Assembly: GCA_049515535.1 (NCBI GenBank)
Contig: JBEKTZ010000001.1
Span: 144,599-208,598, forward strand
DNA from: Candidatus Aminicenantales bacterium
GTDB taxonomy: Bacteria > Acidobacteriota > Aminicenantia > Aminicenantales > UBA4085
DNA: 64,000 nt
Direction of reading: 5' to 3'
Position 1 is the stretch's first letter, and every line of letters begins with the position of its first letter. A model generated the notes under the pieces. That model saw nothing but the letters and a program-made list of their open reading frames with translations, had not been told where the DNA came from and made no database searches. Positions 31,193-40,399 of this stretch are shown here, piece after piece. Both the position numbers and the translations under genes were made by a program.

Positions 31193-32596
31193 CTACTTTC
31201 TGAGCTGAGAATATCCTAAGGGCGGCGGTTCCAGCGTCGAATTCCAAGTTTGCTGGGTCTGCGAGTTGAAGAAGGGAGGAGTATTGCCTGGGGGAATCGA
31301 ATTGAGAGGAAGATCGACGCGCTGCCCGCTCTCCGTCTGAAAAGTTTCGTAGCCCATGATGCCTTCCTCGCGTTTGCCCGAGAGCTCCGCGTCCACCCTG
31401 TTTTTATACTCCCCTGAGCTCAGGTACGTCGAGGAGTCTAACGGGTTGTTCCGGGGCAGGATTCGACTGGTGCTCCACTCGCTGGCCTTGATGATCTTGA
31501 GATTGTCCTGGATGATGGCAGTCGCCGCGGAGTTCCGATCCCATGCTTCCGGCAGGGAAACTCTCGTCGAGGTGATGACGAACCAGCCATAAAGCCCGGT
31601 GATGTGCCGGCCTCCCATGACCATGCCGGTCAAGACGCCGTGCACTCTCAAATTTTGGGCGTCGGCCATCGTCGCATCGAACTCCTCGGCCCTGGCTTTC
31701 CAGGTCCTCCCCAGGCCGTCTTTAAAGTCCGGCGCGTCGCCGCCCGCGAGCATCGTGTAGCTTTTGTTTTTGCTGAAACAAGGCTGCTGGCCGGGGGAAC
31801 ACGGCTTGGTCACGGCCTCGAAAAGGCGGGGGATCGTCATCGGTTGGGGATCGGAGCCGAAATCGCCATAGCCGACGATAACCCCGGCATCCCCCGTGGA
31901 ATTCCTGAAATCGACTCCATTCGAACCTTCCTCGACAATCTTCCAGCCCGTCGGGGCCATCGTTTCAAAATAGGTTCCGCTCAACTTGACAAGGGGCTGA
32001 CCTGGAGCCTTTTGATAGCTGTCGGCGATGCACTTCAACACGAGCTGTCGGGACGAAAGCTCTTCCGTCGGGGCCCAATAAAGGGTCAAAATATAATCGG
32101 GTCCGGAAGGAAAGGCCGCAGCCTCGCCGATGACGGTCTTCCCGCCTATAAAGCCCGATACTTTTGCCTGGACCTGGCCCCTGCCCTGGGTGACATCCGC
32201 GTAATCGACTCGGGAGGAATCCTTCGATGATTCCTTGAGTATGTTCATGAAACTTGAAAAGAAATTCTCGAGGGTGAACCCCGTTTGCGGTCTGATCGGG
32301 TAGATCAGAACACCCTCCTGCCCTTGGCTGTCCCTGAGGATGGTGATGATACCCGTGGTGTACCTGATAATCCAGCCCGCCGGCTTCTTCACCAGAAAAC
32401 CGACGACGTCTTCCTTGAACGTCTCGAGGGACCGGCAGGGAATGGACGCGTTTTTCTCGCTCTTCGCGGCCGCTTGGGAATTTCCCACATTTCCCGAAGT
32501 CTCTTTTTTGTTTTTGCATCCGGTCATGATCGGCACCCCTCCCGCGATCATGACGATGATCGCCGCCGCAAGAAAACCTCTTTTTTTAAGTTTCAT
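31193..32596 (-). CDS. Hypothetical lipoprotein
   Basis: 467-aa ORF with RBS and an MTGC lipobox after a hydrophobic stretch; no family recognised. Confidence 0.7.
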   Translation of the reverse strand: MKLKKRGFLAAAIIVMIAGGVPIMTGCKNKKETSGNVGNSQAAAKSEKNASIPCRSLETFKEDVVGFLVKKPAGWIIRYTTGIITILRDSQGQEGVLIYPIRPQTGFTLENFFSSFMNILKESSKDSSRVDYADVTQGRGQVQAKVSGFIGGKTVIGEAAAFPSGPDYILTLYWAPTEELSSRQLVLKCIADSYQKAPGQPLVKLSGTYFETMAPTGWKIVEEGSNGVDFRNSTGDAGVIVGYGDFGSDPQPMTIPRLFEAVTKPCSPGQQPCFSKNKSYTMLAGGDAPDFKDGLGRTWKARAEEFDATMADAQNLRVHGVLTGMVMGGRHITGLYGWFVITSTRVSLPEAWDRNSAATAIIQDNLKIIKASEWSTSRILPRNNPLDSSTYLSSGEYKNRVDAELSGKREEGIMGYETFQTESGQRVDLPLNSIPPGNTPPFFNSQTQQTWNSTLEPPPLGYSQLRK

Positions 32597-32654
32597 TTGA
32601 GCTCCTTTATCCTACGCCGGCCCTTCATCCTTTTTTAAAGGAAGCGGACCGATT

Positions 32655-33560
32655 TCATTTTCCCGCGACCATGACCAGATGTCTCGGCAAGAAGAACCGG
32701 GACAGGAACCGTCGCCCCCTCGGCTTGACGGGGAGATGCCGAAGCAAAGTTTCCATGAGCAAAAAATAGCCGAGAGGGACCCGCCGATACCCTTCACCCC
32801 GTCTCATGAATCCGTGCCGGAAAGAATAACCCAACCTCTTCGATATCTTGGCGATTTCCGAATAGGTCCACTCTTTGAAATGCAACCCCTCCGGCGCATC
32901 CGAAAAATAGCCGGAGATATCGTGGGGCCCGAAAAACGCATGGGGCGTGCTCAGGATATAAACGCCGCCATCCCGCAGGATTCTTCGGGCCAGGGCAAAA
33001 TGGAACTCGACGTCCTCGGGAAGAAGATGCTCGATCAACTGGTCGCTGAACACGACGTCGATCGAACCGTCTTTCAAGTCAAGGCGGTATCCGTCATAAA
33101 GGATCAGGCTGAAATTCTCTGCCGTTTTCAGAGCCTTGCTTCTTTGCTCGGAAATGTCCAGGGCATAGGCGTGTTCGACAAAGGGGGCTACCGCCGAGGC
33201 AAAGCGGCAATCTCCGGGTCCGAATTCGGCATAGGCGCCGGATTTCTTCAAATACTTTTTCACCAGCCTGAGCTTGGCTTCGCCGCGCGCGTCAAGGGAC
33301 GAGCCTTCGCGGCGGAAGTGGACCCCCGGGCAAAGCCCGGGGCCCCGGCCGCCGTCGATTTCCGTGGCGCTCTCCCTGGCCTTGAGACGAGGATGATCGG
33401 GGACCTTCTCAAAAATCTCCTCATAGATCCGGGGATACAGGGCCGCCCGTTCTTCCCGCGTGGAATTTTTCACTCTTCGGGCGATCGCCTTTTCGACTTC
33501 GTAATGATTCTTGAGCTGTTCGAGAGTCCTATCTTCGGGGAGTTTTTTCTTCAATCTCAT
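32655..33560 (-). CDS. Class I SAM-dependent methyltransferase carrying an in-frame 21-codon repeat insertion
   Basis: EFGPGD, LDIS, SIDVVFSDQLIEH and ILRDGGVY motifs; the insert encodes GGRGPGLCPGVHFRREGSSLD. Confidence 0.88.
   Translation of the reverse strand: MRLKKKLPEDRTLEQLKNHYEVEKAIARRVKNSTREERAALYPRIYEEIFEKVPDHPRLKARESATEIDGGRGPGLCPGVHFRREGSSLDARGEAKLRLVKKYLKKSGAYAEFGPGDCRFASAVAPFVEHAYALDISEQRSKALKTAENFSLILYDGYRLDLKDGSIDVVFSDQLIEHLLPEDVEFHFALARRILRDGGVYILSTPHAFFGPHDISGYFSDAPEGLHFKEWTYSEIAKISKRLGYSFRHGFMRRGEGYRRVPLGYFLLMETLLRHLPVKPRGRRFLSRFFLPRHLVMVAGK
33290..33356 (+). repeat. 63-bp palindromic element, short form, in frame within the methyltransferase
   Basis: CGTC direct repeats at 33290 and 33353 (63 apart); core CCCCGGGC-AAA-GCCCGGGG. 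Confidence 0.92.
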
Positions 33561-33633
33561 CGCTGATGTTCCGGATTCCGACGAAGCCTACTGCTCTTAT
33601 CTTACCCGGTTTCAGAGAAAGATGCGAATTTTC

Positions 33634-33662
33634 TTGACAATGTTAGCGCTGAGTAATACTAT
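33634..33662 (+). promoter_or_regulatory. higBA promoter, probably leaderless
   Basis: TTGACA-17-TACTAT, 6 nt before the GTG start at 33669. Confidence 0.7.
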
Positions 33663-33668
33663 TGCTAT

Positions 33669-33953
33669 GTGATAGTATCCTTCAAGGATAAGGAAACGGA
33701 AAAAATATGGAATGGGTTTTATTCCAAGCATTTTCCTCCGGACATCCAACGGCCGGCCAAGCGCAAATTGGCTATGCTCCATGCGGCCATTAACCTGCTG
33801 GATTTAAAGATACCTCCCGGAAACAGATTGCATGTGTTATCGGGCGACCGCAAAGGCCAATTCAGCATATCGATCAATGATCAATGGAGAATCTGTTTCG
33901 CATGGAAGGATGGAAATGCCCGGAACGTGGAAATCACCGATTATCACTCATGA
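33669..33953 (+). CDS. higB: HigB (RelE-superfamily) toxin
   Basis: MIVSFKDKETEKIW...LKIPPGNRLH.LSGDRKGQFSISINDQWRICF...DYH. Confidence 0.95.
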   Translation: MIVSFKDKETEKIWNGFYSKHFPPDIQRPAKRKLAMLHAAINLLDLKIPPGNRLHVLSGDRKGQFSISINDQWRICFAWKDGNARNVEITDYHS

Positions 33954-33966
33954 GGAGGAGAAAAAG

Positions 33967-34272
33967 ATGAATAGAATACCGAATATCCATCCGGGTGAAA
34001 TTCTTCTGGAGGAATTTTTAAAGCCGATGGGGATTACGGCTTATCGGCTTTCGAAAGAAACGAAAATCGACCAAACGCGGATTAGTGAAATCATAAGGGG
34101 CAAGCGGAGTATCTCCGTAGATACGGCTTTGCGCTTCGCCAAGTTCTTCGGAAACTCCCCTGAATTCTGGATTAATCTTCAAAACCACTTCGATATCGAA
34201 GAGAAAAAGAGTGAGATGGAGCAGAAACTGAAAAAGATCAAGCCGTTTATCATCCAATCACAAAATGCTTGA
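33967..34272 (+). CDS. higA: HigA antitoxin (HTH)
   Basis: IHPGEILLEEFLKPMGIT...TALRFAKFFGNSPEFWINLQ; GAGGAG RBS. Confidence 0.95.
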   Translation: MNRIPNIHPGEILLEEFLKPMGITAYRLSKETKIDQTRISEIIRGKRSISVDTALRFAKFFGNSPEFWINLQNHFDIEEKKSEMEQKLKKIKPFIIQSQNA

Positions 34273-34414
34273 CGGCTTTTAGCGAAAAATGGCCTAAAGA
34301 CCGCACGGGGATGAAGCATGTATCATTTTTTCGCAACGGGAGGCGTCGTTGTCAGTTCAACATGGATATGATTCGAGACAACATGGAAAAGGAAAAAGGA
34401 AATTGCTATCCCTC

Positions 34415-36055
34415 CTAATTTTCCAGAACGATGACATTGATGAAATATAAGTCTGTCGCCACCTTAAAATCGTCCTTCTTCACTCCCGATTTCATGGTCG
34501 TCCATTCCGTCGTGGGCTGGATGAGCTGCCAATGATCCCTTCTTCCGACTTTCACGGGCATGGCGAACTCCTTGACGTCGGCTTTCCAACGATAGGAAAT
34601 GCTGCCTTCGGTTTCTTGAAAGCGTAATTCGAGCGCCGGAATGTCGGTGTGCCGGAGGTATTGGTCGAACATGGGAGTGAGGTTCTTGCCCGTTCTCTCG
34701 TTGAAGAACTTGACCACATCCTCGGTCGCGATATTCCGGTATTTGAAGCAGTCGTAGAAACCGCGCACGAGCTTCCACCAGCGAGCGTCATTGTCGATGA
34801 CGCTGCGGAGGGTGTTGAGGAAAAGCGCGCCTTTGAAATACATATCCTGAGGCGCATTGGTATTCACGCCGGCCGGCCCGATGATCGGTTCCCGGTTCCT
34901 GACCTTCGTCTTGTAGCCGTTGACGTATTTCAGGGCATCCTCATGGCCGAACATCTCTTCCACATACACGCACTCGGCGTAGGTGCCCCAGCCCTCATGG
35001 ATCCACTCGTCGCAGACGTCGCTGGCCGTGATGCTGTTGCCGAACCATTCGTGCGCGCTTTCGTGAATGATGATGAAATCGAATTTCAGACTGACACCCA
35101 CGCCGGTCCAGTCCCGCTCCAGATATCCATTCGCAAAGTGGTTTCCGTACGCGACGGCGCTTTGGTGCTCCATTCCGGAATAAGGGACTTCGATCAGCTT
35201 ATAGCCGTCCTTCTTGAAGGGGTACTCGCCGAAGTATTTTTGATAGCACTGGAGCATCGGCTTCGCCTGGGCGAATTGCCGCCGGGCCTTTTCAAGGTTT
35301 TCCGGCAGGCAATAGAAATCCAAGGTCAGATCTTTCAGTCTGTCGCTCCAATGGGCATAATGGCCGATATTCAGCGCAACGCAATAGTTGTTGATGGGAT
35401 AGTGGATGAGCCAGTCCCAACGCGTATATCCGTCACCGAGGTCGGTCTTGCTCATGAGCCGCCCGTTCGACACGTCGACAAGGTCGCTGGGGACGGCCAC
35501 ACGGAGGCGCATATTCTCCACTTCGTCGCGTTGCTGTTCCTTGTTCGGCCACCAGACCATGGCCCCGGGTCCCTGACAGGCCGTCGTGATCCAGGGCCGG
35601 CCCGCGGGATCCTTCCTGAAGGTTATGCCGCCGAACCGTCCCGTCTCTGCCGGATTGCCGGAATAATAGAAATCGATCGCGTATTCGGAGTTTTTCTTGA
35701 GCGTCTCGGGAAAATCCACGAACACGGCGTCGAATTCCCGTGTGTATTTCAGCTCGGTCGGACCGAGCAGGATCTTGTCGATGTTCAAATGGGCCGTCAG
35801 ATCGAGCTGGATGCGCGAGTCATCCTTCAGCATCTTGAAACGAATCGTGTTCTTCCCGCCGATGAACTTCTTCTCGGGATCGACACGGATATCGAGGTCA
35901 TACGAAAGGAGGTCGTTGTTGGCCCGATAGGATCCGTAGGCGCCGCGCAGAATGTCGGCCGGCGTGGGCGTCCTTTGCGGCGTTTGAGCGGGGATAAAAC
36001 CTGTGAGACAAAGCAAAGAAATACATACAAGCTTGATCAAGGGCGTTCTTGTCAT
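34415..36055 (-). CDS. M1 family zinc aminopeptidase
   Basis: GMEH, HESAHEWFGN...WIHEG and YFKGA motifs; signal peptide. Confidence 0.92.
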   Translation of the reverse strand: MTRTPLIKLVCISLLCLTGFIPAQTPQRTPTPADILRGAYGSYRANNDLLSYDLDIRVDPEKKFIGGKNTIRFKMLKDDSRIQLDLTAHLNIDKILLGPTELKYTREFDAVFVDFPETLKKNSEYAIDFYYSGNPAETGRFGGITFRKDPAGRPWITTACQGPGAMVWWPNKEQQRDEVENMRLRVAVPSDLVDVSNGRLMSKTDLGDGYTRWDWLIHYPINNYCVALNIGHYAHWSDRLKDLTLDFYCLPENLEKARRQFAQAKPMLQCYQKYFGEYPFKKDGYKLIEVPYSGMEHQSAVAYGNHFANGYLERDWTGVGVSLKFDFIIIHESAHEWFGNSITASDVCDEWIHEGWGTYAECVYVEEMFGHEDALKYVNGYKTKVRNREPIIGPAGVNTNAPQDMYFKGALFLNTLRSVIDNDARWWKLVRGFYDCFKYRNIATEDVVKFFNERTGKNLTPMFDQYLRHTDIPALELRFQETEGSISYRWKADVKEFAMPVKVGRRDHWQLIQPTTEWTTMKSGVKKDDFKVATDLYFINVIVLEN

Positions 36056-36364
36056 TTGTTTCCCTCAGTTCAAGTATAAGAATGTCTATAATTTATGCAA
36101 CATCTCATTTCGGAATTTCTGCGCGGACGGATCCGCCATCGCTAACCGTGACCCTGACCATTGCTGAAGCCGGCTCAGCTCGATTTCCGAAGCGCTTTCT
36201 TGAACCGCATATTCCTGTCAAAGGGAAGAATATCTCAATTAAAAGCGTCAAATAATATGTATGGTGCCGATCCAAAAAACCTCATCTATTTATTTCATAA
36301 ACCGGCCGGGCGAGACCGCTCCGGAAGCGATGTCTCCCTGACAAGGCCAAAAGGAGAAGACGGA

Positions 36365-38554
36365 GTGAGAAATAAATTTTTGGTCATCGCAGGATTGAGT
36401 CTATGGTTGGTCATGGCAGCGTCGGCCCAAGTCGATGTTCAACAGCGCGGCCAACGCGGCGGAGCGGGCGCCCAGGCCACACAGCAGCCCCCCGCCGTTC
36501 CCGCAAACTTGAACGCTCTTCTAACTCCAAAGCAGAGCGAAATGCGCATCGTCACTCAGCGCTATGAGGCCGACCGCGCGGAACTCAGCCGTTTCTATCA
36601 CGTCCTTTCGGCCAATCGCTTTTCCCGCCTGAAGCGATTCGATATGGATTGGGCCGCCGCCCTTGACGAGTTGAAGGCGGACAACTTGAGCGCAGCCGCA
36701 AAAAGCGACCTGCGGACGCTCAAAAATAATGTCATAGTCAACTTGAAGCGACTGGATACCGACGCGGCCTCCTCCGCGCAGCTCGGCCCGCTCATTCCTT
36801 TCGCCGCGGGAATCGCCCAATTGGAAGAGGCTCGCCTGCGGATGGATTCCATGAATCCGGAGAAGGCCGCGATCGTCGTTTCCAAGGTCTCGGAACAGAT
36901 CGGCCGGGCCCGGGCGATCCTGGAGGAGGGGTTGGGAGAAAAAGCCAAGCTGGAGGCCATGAATCTCAGTAAAGATCTTGTCGTTCGCGGCGCCGATAGC
37001 GTCAATGGTTTGCGTACGACGCTGCGGGATTGGTTCAACTTCACCAACGAATTCGATCCGCTCTTCACCTGGTGGATGGCCCAGCCGTATAAGGACGCCG
37101 ATAAAGCGTTGCTGGATTATGGGACGTATCTTCGCGAGAAGGTGGCGCCCGCGGTCAAAGAAGGCTCGGCTCCGGCCGCGCCGCCCAGCGACATTTCCGC
37201 GGCGCCGACGCCCAAGTTCGCGGAGGTCCCGGACCTTCAATCGCTGATCGCGCTTCCCCAAGACGAGATGCGCGGCGTGGCGCAGCAATTCCGGGGCAGT
37301 CGCGGCGGCCGCGGCGGGAACCGAGGCGGCAGCGGAAGCATTGCCGCCCCGGACAAGCGGTACTTCATCGACTGGCTGTCCGCGCTGAAGAAGCTGAACT
37401 TCGCCAAACTCAGCCGCGACGGCCAGATCGATTATCTGTATTTACGTAACAGCCTCGAGGTTCAGATCCGCCGCCTCAATCGCCCGCCTCAGGCCGATAT
37501 TCCGCGCAAGACGGATACCAGCGGCATCAACGGCCAGCCTATCGGCCGCGACGCCCTCATGCTCAATCTGGCCGAGGAGATGATCCCCTATACCCCCGAG
37601 CAACTGATCGAACTGGCCAACCAGCAGTTCGCCTGGTGCGAATCGGAAATGAAGAAAGCCTCGCGAGAGTTGGGGTTCGGCGACGAATGGAAGCAAGCGA
37701 TCGAAAAGATCAAGGACATGCACGCCCCGCCGGGCAAGCAACCCGACGTGGTCCGCGATTTGATGTGGCAGGCCGTCGATTTTCTGCGCGCTCACGAATT
37801 GATCACGATCCCCGAGATCGAGTGGGAAACGCTGCGCATGGAGATGATGTCGCCGCAGCGCCAATTGGTGAATCCCTTTTTCACGGGCGGAGCGCTGATC
37901 AGCGTGTCGTTCCCCGCAAACACCATGACCACTCAACAAAAACTCGAGAGCATGCGCGGCAACAATATTCCCTTCTCCCATGCCACGGCCTTCCACGAAA
38001 TGATCCCCGGCCACAACATGCAGAGCTTTATGAGTCCACGCTATGGAGTCAACCGCGGCAATCTCGCCAACACGGCGTTCTGGACCGAGGGCTGGCCCGT
38101 CTATTGGGAGACATTGCTCTACGACATGGGCTTTGACGCGACGCCGGAAGAGCGCATCGGCGCGTTGTTCTGGCGCATGCACCGCTGCGCGCGCATCGTC
38201 TTTTCGCTCAAGTTCCATCTGGGCGAATGGTCGCCGCAGGAATGCATCGACTACCTTGTCGATAAGGTCGGCCATGAACGGGAAAATGCCACCGCCGAGG
38301 TCCGGCGCTCTTTCGGGGGCGGCTACGGCCCGCTATATCAGGCTGCCTATCTGATCGGCGCTCTGCAGATGCGCGAGCTCCGCAGGGAAATCGTAGACTC
38401 CGGCCAGATGACCATAAAGCAATTTCATGATGCGGTGATTCAAATGGGCAACATCCCCATCGCCCTCCTTCGCTTGGAGCTGGGCAAGCAGAAGCTGGCC
38501 CCGGGCATGTCTCTGGATTGGAAGTTTTATGACTTCGAGGCCCGGACGAATTGA
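36365..38554 (+). CDS. DUF885 family protein
   Basis: HEMIPGH, EGWPVYWE and YQAAYLIG motifs; GTG start inferred before the signal peptide. Confidence 0.85.
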   Translation: MRNKFLVIAGLSLWLVMAASAQVDVQQRGQRGGAGAQATQQPPAVPANLNALLTPKQSEMRIVTQRYEADRAELSRFYHVLSANRFSRLKRFDMDWAAALDELKADNLSAAAKSDLRTLKNNVIVNLKRLDTDAASSAQLGPLIPFAAGIAQLEEARLRMDSMNPEKAAIVVSKVSEQIGRARAILEEGLGEKAKLEAMNLSKDLVVRGADSVNGLRTTLRDWFNFTNEFDPLFTWWMAQPYKDADKALLDYGTYLREKVAPAVKEGSAPAAPPSDISAAPTPKFAEVPDLQSLIALPQDEMRGVAQQFRGSRGGRGGNRGGSGSIAAPDKRYFIDWLSALKKLNFAKLSRDGQIDYLYLRNSLEVQIRRLNRPPQADIPRKTDTSGINGQPIGRDALMLNLAEEMIPYTPEQLIELANQQFAWCESEMKKASRELGFGDEWKQAIEKIKDMHAPPGKQPDVVRDLMWQAVDFLRAHELITIPEIEWETLRMEMMSPQRQLVNPFFTGGALISVSFPANTMTTQQKLESMRGNNIPFSHATAFHEMIPGHNMQSFMSPRYGVNRGNLANTAFWTEGWPVYWETLLYDMGFDATPEERIGALFWRMHRCARIVFSLKFHLGEWSPQECIDYLVDKVGHERENATAEVRRSFGGGYGPLYQAAYLIGALQMRELRREIVDSGQMTIKQFHDAVIQMGNIPIALLRLELGKQKLAPGMSLDWKFYDFEARTN

Positions 38555-38581
38555 AGCGCCGAGCGCGTCGGCGGGCCCGGC

Positions 38582-40057
38582 TTATTTTTTGATCGCGCCG
38601 ATGAGGCGGCGGGCTTTTTTCGCGATATTGACGGCCGCGGGCGGATCGTAGTTACCCAGGACGATGATCGTATAGCCGGTTTCGCGATCCATTTCCAGCG
38701 CCGCGTTGATTCCCGGCGCCCCGCCGGCGACGCCCAGTCCGCCGCGCACTCGAGGGCCGGCCGGGCTTTTCTGCGAAACGGACGGCTCGACTCCGGTCAG
38801 CTGCCATTCCGTATAAGCCGGCGAAAGCAGCTTGCCCGCGACGAGCGCGTTCGTGAAACGCAAAAGGTCTTCGGCCGAGGTATAGCCCCCTCCGGCGGCG
38901 CTGCCCCGCGCCGGACGGGAGTAGATATTCTTGCGGCGGGGACTTCCGGGGTTTTCGTTTCCGTCCCATCTCCGCGTGTATCCCTCGGCGAGGTTCGGCA
39001 CGGACACGTCCGCTTCATAGGAATCGGTGTTCGTCATTCCCGCCGGTTCATAAATATTCTTCCGGACGTAATCGTAATAATCCATGCCTGAGACGCGGCC
39101 GACGATTTCGCCGAGCACGATGTAGCCTCCGTTCGAGTAGCTTTGCTGGGCCCCGGGCTCGAAAGCCAAAGGCTGGTCGGCGAACATGGGCAGGAAATCC
39201 ACGTTGCGCCGGAAGACGTCCTTGGGAGTGGCGACAAACCTGTCTCCAAAAAAATCCCCGACGCCGGATTTCATATCGATCAATTGCCGGATAGTGACCT
39301 TGGCCTTGGCTTCGGCGTTCGGATAGTCGGGAAGAACCGTTCCCAGTTTGTCGTCCGGAAAGAGCTTCCCTTTTTCGATCAGTTGGGCGACGGCCAGCTT
39401 CGTGAAGATCTTATTGATCGAACCCAGGTTGAACTTCGTATCCGTGCGGTTGGGAACGTTGAACTCTTTGTTGGCGAGTCCCCAAGCCTTCAGGAACAAG
39501 GGCCGGCCTTGATGGGCGACAAGGACCACTCCGGAAAACTCGTCGGCCTCCACCGCGGCCGCGATTTCCTTTTCGAGTGCGGCCAGAGCTTCCGGCCCGC
39601 TCATCGGTTGCGGAGATCCGGCCAGGTCCTCCGGGTCCGCCTCGTCCACGGTGATCCCCGTCAGGAAGTATTCCGGCGCCGGTGAAAATTGGAAACCCAC
39701 CCGCATGAGTTGATTTCCTTCGCCGGAAACATATATGACCACGGATTCCGGGGACGGAGAATCCGCTTTCCTGAGTTTCATGACGCCCATTTCACGATGA
39801 AGCTGCATCACGCGCGCGGCGCGGTCGGCCGGAGGCGCCTGCTTCGCGGCTTCCGCGCTGATATGCGCGGCGAAAAATCGCTCCAATTGTCCGACTTCGC
39901 CGCTGTTCAAAGCTTCGATAAAAGCTTGAACGCTCTGTCCGGCCGCGGTCTTGGGCAATTCGACCTTGGCCTCTTCTTTCCTGCTTTGCCCGGCGAACGC
40001 CGTCATCGCGATCAATGAAAATACCAGAGCCGAAACGAGCCTTTTTTTATGCAGCAT
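38582..40057 (-). CDS. Serine hydrolase (beta-lactamase-like family)
   Basis: FNLGSINK (SxxK), YSN, GGAPG; signal peptide. Confidence 0.9.
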   Translation of the reverse strand: MLHKKRLVSALVFSLIAMTAFAGQSRKEEAKVELPKTAAGQSVQAFIEALNSGEVGQLERFFAAHISAEAAKQAPPADRAARVMQLHREMGVMKLRKADSPSPESVVIYVSGEGNQLMRVGFQFSPAPEYFLTGITVDEADPEDLAGSPQPMSGPEALAALEKEIAAAVEADEFSGVVLVAHQGRPLFLKAWGLANKEFNVPNRTDTKFNLGSINKIFTKLAVAQLIEKGKLFPDDKLGTVLPDYPNAEAKAKVTIRQLIDMKSGVGDFFGDRFVATPKDVFRRNVDFLPMFADQPLAFEPGAQQSYSNGGYIVLGEIVGRVSGMDYYDYVRKNIYEPAGMTNTDSYEADVSVPNLAEGYTRRWDGNENPGSPRRKNIYSRPARGSAAGGGYTSAEDLLRFTNALVAGKLLSPAYTEWQLTGVEPSVSQKSPAGPRVRGGLGVAGGAPGINAALEMDRETGYTIIVLGNYDPPAAVNIAKKARRLIGAIKK

Positions 40058-40079
40058 CGTCCATATTCTCCTTTAAAAA

Positions 40080-40185
40080 CCGTCAAGGGACGAGCCTTCG
40101 GCTCGCCACTCGCCCGTGGCTTATATCTACGGGTGAGTACGGTGGAAGTGGACCCTCGGGCAAAGCCCGGGGCCCCGTCCGCCGT
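40080..40185 (+). repeat. Palindromic element, long (102-bp) three-hairpin form
   Basis: CCGT direct repeats at 40080 and 40182; hairpins CGAGCC-TTC-GGCTCG, ACTCGCCCGT/ACGGGTGAGT and the core hairpin. Confidence 0.9.
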
Positions 40186-40286
40186 GGATTATACAACTCC
40201 GGAAGGAGGCTTTTGGTTTCAGCCGTTTATTTTTAGACCTTCAGATTGCTTTTCGCCGAAAACGAGAGCGCGCCCAGGGATCCGAA

Positions 40287-40399
40287 ATCAACCCATTCGA
40301 CTCCCCGGGCTGAAGCCCGGGGTATGCTCAGGGTTAATACTGAGCGGCGCTTTTTACCCCGATTTAAAAATCGGGGTTTGGCGCCGTCGAACGTATCAA
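40287..40399. repeat. Multi-branch palindromic MITE-like element
   Basis: TTCGAC/GTCGAA outer arms enclosing three hairpins; ATCAA direct repeats at 40287 and 40395. Confidence 0.75.
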
